A stretch of DNA of 56,201 bases, from positions 1 through 56,201 of the forward strand of contig MQRK01236706.1 of the NCBI GenBank assembly GCA_001938485.1. The letters are read 5' to 3'. Under the pieces are notes generated by a model. The model saw only the letters and a program-made list of their open reading frames with translations. It was not told where the DNA came from and did not search any database. Made by a program: the position numbers and the translations under genes. Numbering within the stretch: position 1 is the first letter of the stretch; the number at the start of each line of letters is the position of its first letter. Below, piece after piece: positions 38,331 through 48,859 of the stretch. The DNA is from Girardia tigrina (taxonomy: Eukaryota).

Positions 38331-41300
38331 ACCCCTAACACTTCTATCTGCTCAATTTTGTACTCTACTGAACTTCACTTTCTTTTATAAGATAAATAAG
38401 TCTTTTCAATTAATTTCTAGATTGTATGTATGTAACTATTTCGTATTTAAATGCCGTATTTACATGTTATCTTACACAAAAAAGAAAAAAATAAATTAAA
38501 AAAGGTAAATCTATCAAAGCTGGTCCTTTAAATAAATTCTGGATGAACGAGCGCAGGATAAACAAACGGGAATAAACAAACCCCAAACCAAATTATTAAT
38601 GATTTATTTTGAAAGGTTCACAAAATAGCAATAAAAAAATGATATAGCAACAATTATATACCAAAGCATTGCTGATATAATAATTTATAATAAATAAATT
38701 ACAAAAATACTTAAATGAAAGGCAAAACACTTGTACGCTGATTTTAAGATCATTAGATTTTGTCATCAATGTTTCGTATGATCCTATTGAGAATCCCTTC
38801 GATAAATCCAATTATCGTATAATTTTCCTCATAAATCGACTATATGACATTTTCTATACCGATATTGAACAATCATTTCTGTAAAGTAAATTATTTTTTG
38901 CTGTTACCCTCTATATCTTCTTTCCAGTTTCAGTGATCAATTGTATACTCCCTCTTTTTAAGTTTCTGTTCGAATTGTAGTTAATTATATTTTAAATATT
39001 ATAGTTTTAGTATTTATTTATTTAATTTATGTTTTATGCTAAAAGCGTGCTCAGGGACCGCATTAAAAATTAATCAGATCCTTTAGCACTCTTTTACAGT
39101 ATTAAAAGGTTCAATAATTAGTTTTATAAAAATGATTATTAAAAAACGAAAGTTGAAAAGTTGACTTATGAGATTATTAATAAATTAATTAAAAATGAAA
39201 AATCAGTTTTCTGTATGAAAGACCTCTCAAATATATATAAATATTATTATTATTTCTAGACAAAAACTAAGAGACTTCATAAAAAAATAGACAAACGTTG
39301 GTGCCAATGGTAAATCCATTGTAACTCAATCAATTTGAATGTGCCGGAGTTTTTAGCATAAAAGCCCTCCAATATATTTATATTTATTTTGAGGGGGGAC
39401 TTTTATACGGAAAACTCCGGTATGCTAAAAATGATATAAATAGTAAAATCAAAAATTATATATTAAAAATTATGCTTCCTACTCTCAAGGATTTAGAAAA
39501 CAACTGTAAACCATTTCCGTTTTCTATTTCTTGTTTTTTAGTTTTTGTTCCAATGAATCAGAAAAAAGATAAATAACTAAAACGATAATAGAACCCGAAC
39601 TTTTATAATTACTGTAAAGTCAAAATGCGACTTTACTTTAATAAAAAAAAATAAATATTGAAATTATCAATAATTAAAAACATGATAATAATAATTTTGT
39701 TTAAATTGTTGGTTTTACATGAAATAAACATTCTTAAAAACCTGACTTCATATTTTGATTTATCTTGTTAATAGATGGATGATTCTTAAAATGGTGTCAG
39801 AAGTGGGATCAATGAATGCGATATTCACAGCGATATTCACAGAATTCCAAGAACATCTCGACACCGGATCAAGTACACCATACACAGACTTCCGAGAAGC
39901 CATTCTCCAGAGCAGGAAAATTCCAATTTCAACTCATTTCGACAGACTCTTCAGCTCTGAAGACCTGGCAGATCGTCGTCCAAATAGTGAGAGAAAGAAT
40001 ATTGATTTATATGCGAGTAAAAAGTTGTATAAAAGCGGTGTAAAACAGAAAAATCTCGAAAGAAATGATATTGAGTTTAATGCGAAATTTACTGGAAGGA
40101 AGTGGGAAGTAAAGTGGAAATGGAAAGATATAACGCCTCAGTTGTCAAATAAAGTAGCGAATTATCATATGGATAAAGACACCAAAATAAAGTTTCATGA
40201 GGTACTACAGGGTTGGATTAGTGATGGTTGGTTAAAGAAAAGTTCAAATATTGATGGAGAAGGAATTATACCGTTGCTTGCGGTCAAACAAGAAAAAAGG
40301 GTAAAGTAAGGCATGTCATGGATTATCGAGAGTTGAATCAGTTTATTAGTTCTCATGCATTAGATGCAGTATCAAAGGATGATGAACTTCGTGAGTGGAG
40401 AAGTATGCCGAAGAATTTCAAAGTTATCGACTTAAAAAATACCTATTTACAAATCGTAGTAGATGTACTTTATGGAAGTATCAGAGAGTGTGAATTAATG
40501 GTGAATTTTACGAGCTTACAAAATTAGGATTTGGTTTATTATCCGGTCCGAAAATAATGTCCATGATTTTATGAAAGGTTTTGTCTATTGATGAAAAAGT
40601 TCGCCGTGGAACTCGTCATTATGTAGATGATATCATTGTAAATGAAGACATAGTGAGCGTAGAAGAAGTACGGAATCATTTACCGAAGTACGGTTTACAA
40701 TGTAAAGATCCAGAGGAACTAAACGGAGCGAGAGTTCTTGGTCTTCAATTGTCTCAATGTGATGGAGTATTAAACTGGTCGAGGAGTACTCCCTTACCCT
40801 TGAACGTCCCAGATAAGATCACTAAAAGAGGTGTATATTCGATTTGTGGAAAATTAATTGGTCATTAACCGATTGGAAATTGATTGCGTGTAGCATGTAG
40901 CTACATAAAACGGTCGTATAATGGATTACAATAGAATGAACATGTGAATGAAGAGTCTATTAATTTTATTCGTGAAGTGATGGATCGTATTAGTAATTCA
41001 GATCCAGTACGAGGTTGTTGGAATGTGGATCTGAGACGAGAATGTACGATATGGTACGATGCAAGTTATATTGCAAATCGGAGACCATACGATCGAAGAT
41101 GGAAGCTGGGTAAGACAAGAAAATTATTGTGCACATATTAGCATTGCTGAGCTTGAAGCGATTATGAAAGGAATTAACTTGGCTTTGAAGTGGAATGTGA
41201 AGAAGTTATTAATTGTTACAGATTCAGTTTTAGTTCATCTTGGCTTGCATCATTGAAGACAAGAAAAAGCCGAAAAGAAGTAACCGAAATGAGTGAGATA

Positions 41301-44300
41301 TTGGTCAGGAGACGTTTGGTAATGATATACAGTTTTTTAAACGAGTCCGAAATAGATTGGGAGTGTGATTGGGTTTTCTCTGAACTAAACAATGCAGATG
41401 TCTTAACTAGAGTACCAAGAAAATGGATAGAAAGGAAATGTTGTATTGTTCAACAAGAGAGAAAATATTCAGGATATCGGAAAACGATCTGACGATCAGA
41501 ATAATCCTGAAAACGAGTTTATTGATGATTTAGAAATCTGTGAAGACGAGTGTGAAGCATTTGATGAGGATTCGAGTGTTGAAGAGATCATGGACCAAAT
41601 AAATCGTGACGAGCAACGCAGAAGAGACCGAGAGAAAAGAGAACCACCGTGGCACAGAGATTACGAAATGGAAACCTGATTTTTGGCGGGGATGTAATAA
41701 TGTTGTTAAATATTCGAAATTAAATTTGTTTAAATAAGTGATAAAAAGTGTGAAAACAGAATTTGATTTTTTGTGTTGTACTTAAATAAACTTTGTTGTT
41801 GTTTGGTGGTGTTCTATTTCTGTTGAAACTACATAAACAAATGCCATTTTTAACCAATAAAACTTTATTAATAAAAATTTAATTGTATTATTTTAACATT
41901 TTCAGATATTTTTTATTAAGTTTTCAAAACTTAGTGCTTATAATAATACAAAATCATTGAAACTTGTGTTATGATCATATAATTGAAGTGATTTAATGAA
42001 GCTATTTATGAATATTTACTGACACATATACACTAGTTTTCCAAAAAGTACGCGACTCAAATTATGCTTCAAAAAAGATTTTAAAATGTCTTTGGTGGTT
42101 AACGAAATAAGAAAATTTGTAAATTAATAATAAAAAGTTAAAATTTATAACATCAAATAAATTATAATTACTTTTCGAAGTTTTCCTGAAGTAAATGTAG
42201 GAGAAACTAAATTTCTAACTCTTTCCCAATCCTTTCCCTTTAAAGTTGTCAACATTTTTGAAGTTATTTCATTATTCACATTGAAATCCTAAAAAAACTT
42301 GATTTATTACATATTTTACATTGTAATGCTTTTTACCGTTTTATTAATGTTATCGCTTTAATAAATTTTATTTTATGCATTCATCCTTATTATTCCTTGA
42401 TTTTCATTATTTTTATTATTATTTGTATTACCATTTTAAAATTATAGTCGTTAATAATTTTTAGTAAATATTTTTATTGTACTTTTAAAACAGTTAATGT
42501 TAAAAATCAAGGAAAATATAAAAAATTGCACTTCTGGCTGCAAAATAATTATAGAAATCTATGAGAATGGAGATGATTGGAAGTCAGTCTCTCATATCTA
42601 TGAAATAAATCGAAGAATAGCTTACAACATGATTCGCAAAAATCAAAACGAGCCTCTTTCAAAAAAGGGTGCAAAAAGACTAAAAACACACAAAAAGTTG
42701 TGTAAAGTCTGATACAGATGACTGATGAAGATTTAATAATTTTTAAAGTATATCTGGCTCATGAATTCAAAATTAGAGAGTGTATCAACACTGTTAAAAA
42801 CTGGTTAGACTGTGAGTTAATTTCAGTAAAGGATGTTTGACCTGTATTTGAGAAGAAATAAAACAAAACAAAGAGTTCTCAATATGTTACGTCAATGTTG
42901 TCTCTTCGATCTCAAAATAAAACGATTCAGTTGATTCATTTTTAGTGTCGACGAGGGTTCATCAAGAAAGAAGATTTTCAACTATGATTTCGAAGATTCT
43001 AAGCGCTCTACATTAATAATAGTATTAAAAGAGCAATTTTTGTGTTCGAAAATGCCCCTGTACACGTCGGTTTTGGAACGGCAAGTGAAGAATATGAAAA
43101 TTTTCAAGTACTTCATTTGGCTTCTTATTCTTATTTATAAAGTCCAATCGAACTAGCTTGGAACTCATTCAAAACTGACGGGAAATATGGTTTGAGGAGT
43201 GAAATACATAATATTCGAAAATATATCTGAAGAGACAGAGGTCCAACGTTTGTTGAAAATAAAATGCAACTTCAGGAGAAAATTGCTTTAGAAGTAAAAA
43301 AATGTGTTATTTCCGCAAAATCTAATTCATTTTGTGTACTGTACAATGTTGGTATTCTCAAAATAGATGGTTTAAAGCAGTAAAGATCATATTTTTGGGT
43401 AAAATCTTAAGTAAATTGATCTTAATGGAATTACGTTGTGTTAAAAGTTGATATTATTTCAGGGTATTCCATTCAATGTTCAATCGAAACTAATAGTGGC
43501 GATCTTTTACCAATCTTAATTGGTTAATTAGAGCATTTCAACAATATTTTATAACATTATGTTATATTTTTAAAACAGATTTATTTCTTTTTTGAAATTG
43601 TGGTGAATCAAATTGAAAATTAAAACAACGAATTTCAATGAAATAATGTTAATAATTTTTAGATGAATTTGGTTTAGATGAATGTGTTTTTAGGTGAATT
43701 TATTTTAGGTGAAATCGGTTTAGGTAAATTTGTGGTTAGATGAAAATGTTTTGGGCGAATTAACCTAAAGCAAAAATATGTACAATTTCTGAAACTGACA
43801 TTTTTTTAAGGTAATCATGGTAATCTAGCTAGTGCGGCAAATGTTGAAGTGAACATGATTACGGTTTTAATAAAAAAAGCACAAATGTTTGTTTTAATTG
43901 TTCAATGTGGTGATTAAATCGTACTTAAATTTTATTACCTAAATTTCTTACTTAAATTTCAGTGTATAAGACGGTCCTTTATCCCTAAATTATTTTTCTA
44001 AAAATGGGGGTAAGAATTATCAAATAGTAACAAAAAATAAACCCTTTATCATGTGAATATATATTTCAATAAAATAAACAAGGGAAAAAATAAGACATCA
44101 AGCTTTGAAATAACAATCCCCTCATCAAGTCAATCCACACCATGTATTAAACGAACACACAATACGGAGCCTTTTAAAACAATTTTACCAACAAATTTTA
44201 TAAAAATGAAATTATTTGATGCCTAAACATTAAGTAAAAATACACTAAACGCAATCAATTCCATCCTCTCAAATCAGTCATTGACAACTATCAATTGAAA

Positions 44301-45757
44301 AACGATAATTTTAATCTATCCTTTAGAACTTTAACAGAGAGATCATAAGAGACATATGATAAAGATAACAGTGTGACAGCCAACCATATCTTAATTTTTG
44401 ACATAAAAATTAGCACAATAAATGCAATCCACTCGATTTTAGCTTTCACATCAAACCACAAAAATCCTAAATCTCATCGATTTATCACTCATGATGTGTG
44501 AATGTGTTATAAATTATAACTTATAATACAGTCTGTGTTTGGTCTTAAACCTGGAAAATTGAGACAATACAACCTTTTGGACATGTTTTTCAGTCAAATT
44601 ACATCAATAAGATTTTGGACTGTTTTTCCAAGGGTTGGGTGTCAATTGATTGCATACAAATTGGTCGGTTCATATACGCCGGTTAAAATTGACCGGGCTG
44701 TCAATTGATCGGGTGAAAATTAATCGGTTGAAAATTTATTAGGTGAAAACTTATCGGTGGTCTATAATTTCTTAATGCAATCACCTGTCAATCCATGCTA
44801 GTAAATAGTAAAATTTCTTAGTTAAAATAATAAATGACAATTTTTAAACGTTTATTTGAAATATATTTGATAGATAGTACAATATCGTTGTTAGTTATTA
44901 AAAGTGAAAGGTAAAATTTTGAAGTAATAATAAGAAATGAGTTACCAAAATACTAAATAAGAAAATAACAGACAAATAAAAATATAATTAAATTAGTTTA
45001 TTAAATACCAGAGCACGATAATTAAGTCTCGAAAATTAAGACTTAAAAATTAAGTCACGGAAAATTAAAAAATATATTAAATCATATGTTTCTTTGTCAT
45101 TATATATTTATATGTTGGTGTAAAGCTTTTACTTTTATTCTAATATGTTGATCATTATATGTTTATATCAATTTTCACCCGATCAATTTTCAACCGATTA
45201 ATTTTAACCGGCGAATATGAACCAACCAATTTCTATGCGATCAATTGACCAGATATCTTTTCATAGACATATATAAGCGTCCCATTTATCAATAAATCTT
45301 ATAAACTATGAATATAAATTTCAGCAGGTAAAATAATAAGACTTTACGAGTCTATCTGTGAAGCATTTAGCCTCTTTGATGAGAATCTGTTTCAGAAGGT
45401 CTTCATCTGCAACAATCGATAATGGTATACTTCCAAAATAAAATCTGAAAATTAAGTAAATGAGATCCTGAAGAAATATTTATTTCATACGGATAAATCT
45501 TTCCGTATTTCCTCAGACACATTTTATCTAAATCGTGTAAACCCATTCGAAACATATCGATGAAATTGCCGACGTAAGGCAGAGGTGGCGGACCTTTATG
45601 ACCGAGTTTCTCGTGAAGATTGTAATTGGATTTTCCATATCTAATTTTAATTGTTCACATTCAAACAGAAATAGAATGATAACTTGTAGAATAAATAAAG
45701 TATTATTAAAATTAATAGAATTTTGTATTCGAAAATATACAAAATATATTCGATCAT
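21655..45757 (-). CDS. Cytochrome P450, CYP3 clan (CYP3A-like), gene A; complete 11-exon gene, 514 aa
   Basis: Manually spliced exons 45757-45684, 45640-45491, 45444-45348, 42288-42172, 35821-35736, 33598-33450, 33408-33278, 28395-28144, 28027-27786, 21953-21791, 21738-21655. All introns are GT-AG with compatible phases; total 1545 nt with no internal stop. Motifs: N-terminal TM anchor, [37 protein letters not shown], heme motif [11 protein letters not shown]. Confidence 0.93.
21791..21953 (-). CDS. CYP gene A exon 10 (heme-binding [15 protein letters not shown])
   Basis: FxxGxRxCxG motif, 163 nt. Confidence 0.95.
22450..23020 (-). mobile_element. Highly degenerate Tc1-like transposase remnant
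   Basis: Fragmentary TDKDRSL...KRKP and LWS.. motifs across frames. Confidence 0.4.
23170..26445 (+). mobile_element. Penelope-like element with inverted 5' arm, interrupted by a gap and a mariner
   Basis: IKIPY...[26 protein letters not shown] fragment at 23640-23835; 71-bp-arm palindrome at 23489-23630; ~300-bp inverted copies at 23170-23475 and 26138-26445. Confidence 0.65.
24729..25038 (+). mobile_element. mariner (DD34D) 3' end with TIR
   Basis: [17 protein letters not shown]...[15 protein letters not shown], followed by ...ACACCTAA-TA. Confidence 0.9.
27786..28027 (-). CDS. CYP gene A exon 9 (K-helix [15 protein letters not shown])
   Basis: ExxR and PxRF region. Confidence 0.95.
28144..28395 (-). 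CDS. CYP gene A exon 8 (DFLGLML...I-helix [14 protein letters not shown])
   Basis: I-helix motif, AG/GT boundaries. Confidence 0.95.
28625..30120 (-). mobile_element. Tc1 (DD34E) transposon with IR/DR-type ends, degenerate
   Basis: [38 protein letters not shown] across frames; repeated TGTCCGAATTCTTTTGAATT motifs at 29864-29920 and 30093-30120, inverted at 28627-28655. Confidence 0.88.
30720..31110 (-). mobile_element. Possible non-LTR retrotransposon remnant
   Basis: [13 protein letters not shown] resembles the post-RT GGLG motif; otherwise degenerate. Confidence 0.3.
31940..32280 (+). mobile_element. Degenerate Tc1/mariner (DD41D-like) transposase C-terminus
   Basis: ...[19 protein letters not shown]...FENRLE resembles C-termini of this group. 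Confidence 0.45.
33278..33408 (-). CDS. CYP gene A exon 7 (F/G region)
   Basis: Open frame, 41-nt upstream intron, compatible phases. Confidence 0.88.
33450..33598 (-). CDS. CYP gene A exon 6 ([25 protein letters not shown]...)
   Basis: E-helix MDVI..FG..IDS motif, 149 nt. Confidence 0.93.
35736..35821 (-). CDS. CYP gene A exon 5 ([28 protein letters not shown])
   Basis: 86 nt, phase 0/2, near-identical paralog at 1277-1362. Confidence 0.88.
36571..36668. mobile_element. ~100-bp MITE, TA-flanked, ~28-bp TIRs
   Basis: CTTTATTAAAAACTGAACGCCATTT ... AAATGGCATTCAGTTTTTAATAAAG. Confidence 0.7.
37268..38589. mobile_element. Non-autonomous fold-back/MULE-like element with ~300-bp TIRs containing GTTCGTTCATCCC repeats
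   Basis: 37270-37590 is the reverse complement of 38325-38585; flanks CAATTATT/AAATTATT may be a TSD. Confidence 0.75.
38279..38326. repeat. (TA)n microsatellite
   Basis: Seen directly. Confidence 0.95.
39342..39423. repeat. ~80-bp hairpin MITE-like inverted repeat
   Basis: CCGGAGTTTT...AAAAGCCCTCC / GGGGGGACTTTT...AAAACTCCGG. Confidence 0.6.
39792..41833 (+). mobile_element. Deleted LTR retrotransposon (tRNA-Leu PBS, gag fragment, RT-RNase H, no integrase, PPT, short 3' LTR)
   Basis: PBS TGGTGTCAGAAGTGGGAT at 39792; [23 protein letters not shown]; RNase [20 protein letters not shown]; PPT GGCGGGGA then TGTAAT...ACTACA at 41693-41833. Confidence 0.82.
42172..42288 (-). CDS. CYP gene A exon 4 (C-helix [19 protein letters not shown])
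   Basis: WxxxR motif and the CYP3-typical PTFTSGKL, phase 0/0. Confidence 0.93.
42490..43330 (+). mobile_element. Degenerate IS630/Tc1-type transposase
   Basis: FVFENAPVH...LHLASYSY...[11 protein letters not shown] (DDE_3-like) across frames. Confidence 0.6.
43657..43770. repeat. Degenerate ~15-bp tandem array (TTTAGGTGAAT-like), orphan MITE terminus
   Basis: Seen directly. Confidence 0.55.
44634..45257. mobile_element. MITE with internally repetitive TIRs (AAAATTGATCGGGTG units)
   Basis: 44640-44740 is the reverse complement of 45168-45250. Confidence 0.75.
45348..45444 (-). CDS. CYP gene A exon 3 ([32 protein letters not shown])
   Basis: CYP3-like B-helix region, AG/GT boundaries. Confidence 0.92.
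45491..45640 (-). CDS. CYP gene A exon 2 ([25 protein letters not shown]...KYGKIYP)
   Basis: Proline-rich hinge, AG/GT boundaries, 43-nt upstream intron. Confidence 0.92.
45684..45757 (-). CDS. CYP gene A exon 1 ([24 protein letters not shown], membrane anchor)
   Basis: ATG at 45757, hydrophobic stretch, GT donor at 45683; paralogous to 14738-14811. Confidence 0.88.
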
Positions 45758-45835
45758 TTATATTATTTATCTATTAATAAATTCTTATAAAATCTTCAAA
45801 ATATAAATGATATATTTGATTCATTTAAACAACAA

Positions 45836-45843
45836 TGACCTTT
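45836..45843 (-). promoter_or_regulatory. Candidate nuclear-receptor half-site AAAGGTCA upstream of CYP gene A
   Basis: Conserved with gene B in sequence and position. Confidence 0.35.
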
Positions 45844-46099
45844 CATAAGAAAATTTTAGTTTTATATTTAATAATTATATTGTTTGTTTTGTTAATCATC
45901 AAAATCGAAATTGATATATGTATATAGGTCGATTTTTATTTGATTTAAACATATATGGAAATTTAATTTATTCAGACGGAATTTTTTTACAGAATAATCC
46001 GTTTTAATTTTGCACAATATTTTTTAATCTATCAGTATTTTGCTTGTTGAAGACGAAATATTTATTCTAATTCAACATACAATTTCCGCCAACATGGCC

Positions 46100-47640
46100 T
46101 TCATTTATTTATACAAATGTTATATTAATCCGCTCGCCAAATTTCCTCTTCCTTCACAAGAATTTGGCTGATCTCCGGTTTCTTGTTTCTCGCGGCTGAT
46201 TTCTTTTCACACTTGCATCGATCGCTTGTTTTACAACCCTCGATTCCATAACTTGCGGCTTCTTTGTGACTTAACCGGTTCGTTCATATAATATCGTCCA
46301 TATTGGGATCAACCTCTTCCGCATGCCGATGTTTCATGTGATATTAATTAACTTTCCTTGTGGATCCATTTGAAAGAATCCTTACCTATCTTTCGAGAGA
46401 TCACAGCGGAATTCTTGAACTTAGATCCATGACCACATCTTAATCAAACCTTGCTTGTTTGCACAAATAGACTATATGATTCACGCTTCTTTGAATACCG
46501 CTTCTCTAAACTTTGCGGGACCATTTCAGGCTTTACATTGACACTACGTTTTCGAACCGTCCTCCCATTGGACGAATGAACATCAGATGAGGACTCTAAC
46601 CCAACGTTTCACATGGTGCGCCTCATACCACACAACACTGCGCCGATCAGCACCTCCAAAGAATCACTGTTATTTTCCTTGACTTCCATCAACCGTTGTT
46701 TGAAAGTCCAATGCATCACTTTGTACGACGGCATTTGGACTTAATATGGAGAAAATAACTTGCACGTTTTCTTCAATGCTATCATCCATAGAAGTTTCCA
46801 GTCTTGACAGAGAATCCATCAATGCATTCTCTTTTCCTTTTATAAATACACAGGTTGGTTTAAATTATTGCATTAATAAGAGCAGTCTTTTCACTCGGGT
46901 CGACATATCGTCTGAACTTTTCTTCCAGAGGTTAACCAAAGGTTGGTAATCTGTTTGAATCTAAAATTCGCGACCCAACAAAAAGATGCGAAATCTACGA
47001 GTTTCAAATAAAGCACCTGCCGCTTCTTTCACGATTTGTGAGTAGTTAGTTTTTGGGGCTGTGAGTTTTCGTGAAACATATAAGACTGGTCTACCGTCTT
47101 GAAGTAACACAGCACCAAAGTCAAACCCTGAGACATCCGATTGTACCACTACTTTATCATTTGGATTGAACGTGGCTTGTGGTTGTACGTGACGAATAGC
47201 TGATCGTAACTTTATCCATGCAGACTGTGCTTTAGAGTTCCAATTCCATGTTCCATAAAGCTTCCACAAAGCACTATCAAGAGTGTTGTAGTGTAGTACA
47301 TTTGTAGACCCAATATAATCTGATAATCCCAACCTTTTCTGACAATCCTCTCGGTTTCCTTGGATCCTTCATGGACAAAAGCTTCTTTTTTGCGTCATCA
47401 TTTGCTTCCACACCGTTCTCTGACCCCCGATATCCCAAAAACACATCTTCCTACTTAAGTATTTGACACTTAGGTATATTCATGGAAACATCGGCTGCTA
47501 GTAGTTTTTCTAACACCATTTTTACAGTTTTGAAATGATCATCGAGAGTCTCTATGGTGATCAATATATCATCCAGAAAAACTGCCACGTTGCAAACACC
47601 ATCCAAAATGTCTGAGACTTTGTCCTGGAATATCATCAGT
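46100..47640 (-). mobile_element. Ty3/Gypsy pol remnant (RT, RNase H, partial integrase)
   Basis: AVFLDDIL; SDVSGFDFGAVLLQDGRPVLYVSRKLT..TNYSQIVKEA. Confidence 0.85.
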
Positions 47641-48526
47641 AAACTTACTAAACCAAAGGAAAGACAGCACCACCGATAATTTTCTTTTCCATTTCGATGT
47701 AAAAAAATTTTCTTTTGGAGATATAAAAATTATTTCCTAATGTAAATAAAAACAATACCTTAAAATTGTATTGTTTTATTGTATTAAATAATAAAAATTT
47801 TAAAATGATGGGGTTAGAGTTTTTTTTCAAACGAAACCATATCTTTTTATTTATCTCTTTTACACAACGGTTTTAAATCAACAAACCTTAATTTACCGCC
47901 AATTAATTCGCGCATGAGACAAATTCAGTGAACCGTTATTCCAGCACAGAAAAGAAATGACCGGAACTAGCGAAATAACGATTCCAAATGAACAGACGAA
48001 AATGACGAACGACGAGAAAACTTTTTCAACTATTAAAGTGACTCTTCCCAATGCAGAAACGTCCGACGTGCGGTTGGTCGGAGAACGTTATAATTTCGTG
48101 GAGCTAGTCGACGCAAATTTGGTCTGCGATCAAATGTCATCGATACCCGTAAATATTGTCACCGATGGAAAATTGTCCGCACCGTTTGAGTGTACCGAAG
48201 ACCTCTTGCAAATGGAACGGTCGACCCGGTGACCCATTAAATCGATTCACATATCGATTACTTCTACAAACGGGACGGTTCAGGTCCTGTCGCTATCACA
48301 ATTAACTAATTTTTATGATAGTTATATACAATTTACAATCAAATTTTAAGCAATAATATAAGAAATATAACTTAGTGTATAAAGCAAATATTAGGGGATC
48401 AAGAAACACCGTTCAGCGATCGTACTCTATTTAAATTTATAAATAAGGATTATTATTTTAATATAGTAGAGATTATTATTTCACTTATAGAGAATTTTAA
48501 ATTGCGATATAATTTAAGTTTTAAAT

Positions 48527-48850
48527 ATTAGGTTGGTCGAAAAATAATGGCGGTTTTTGAGCTTTATATTTTGTTTATCTACTTTGATATGTATATAAGT
48601 TTAAATGCATTAGTGTTAGATATTATTTGAAATCTTATGCCTTGCTGTATATTCATATAGTCATTATTAGCATATTGCTGTTATTTTTTAGAATATTTAC
48701 GGTGCTAAATTAATAATGGAAAAAATTAAAATTCGAGCAATTTTCTTGTACGAATTTAAACTGGGTCGTAAAGCAGCAGAAACGGCTCGCAATATCAATA
48801 AAGCGTTTGGCAAGGGAACAGCTTCTGAGCGCACAGTGCAACGATAGTTC
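48527..48850 (+). mobile_element. cecropia-subfamily (Hsmar1-like) mariner 5' fragment
   Basis: TIR TA-TTAGGTTGGTCGAAAAATAATGGCGGTTTT; ATG at 48716 gives MEKIKIRAIFLYEFKLGRKAAETARNINKAFGKGTASERTVQR*. Confidence 0.9.
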
Positions 48851-48859
48851 TGTGGTTAC

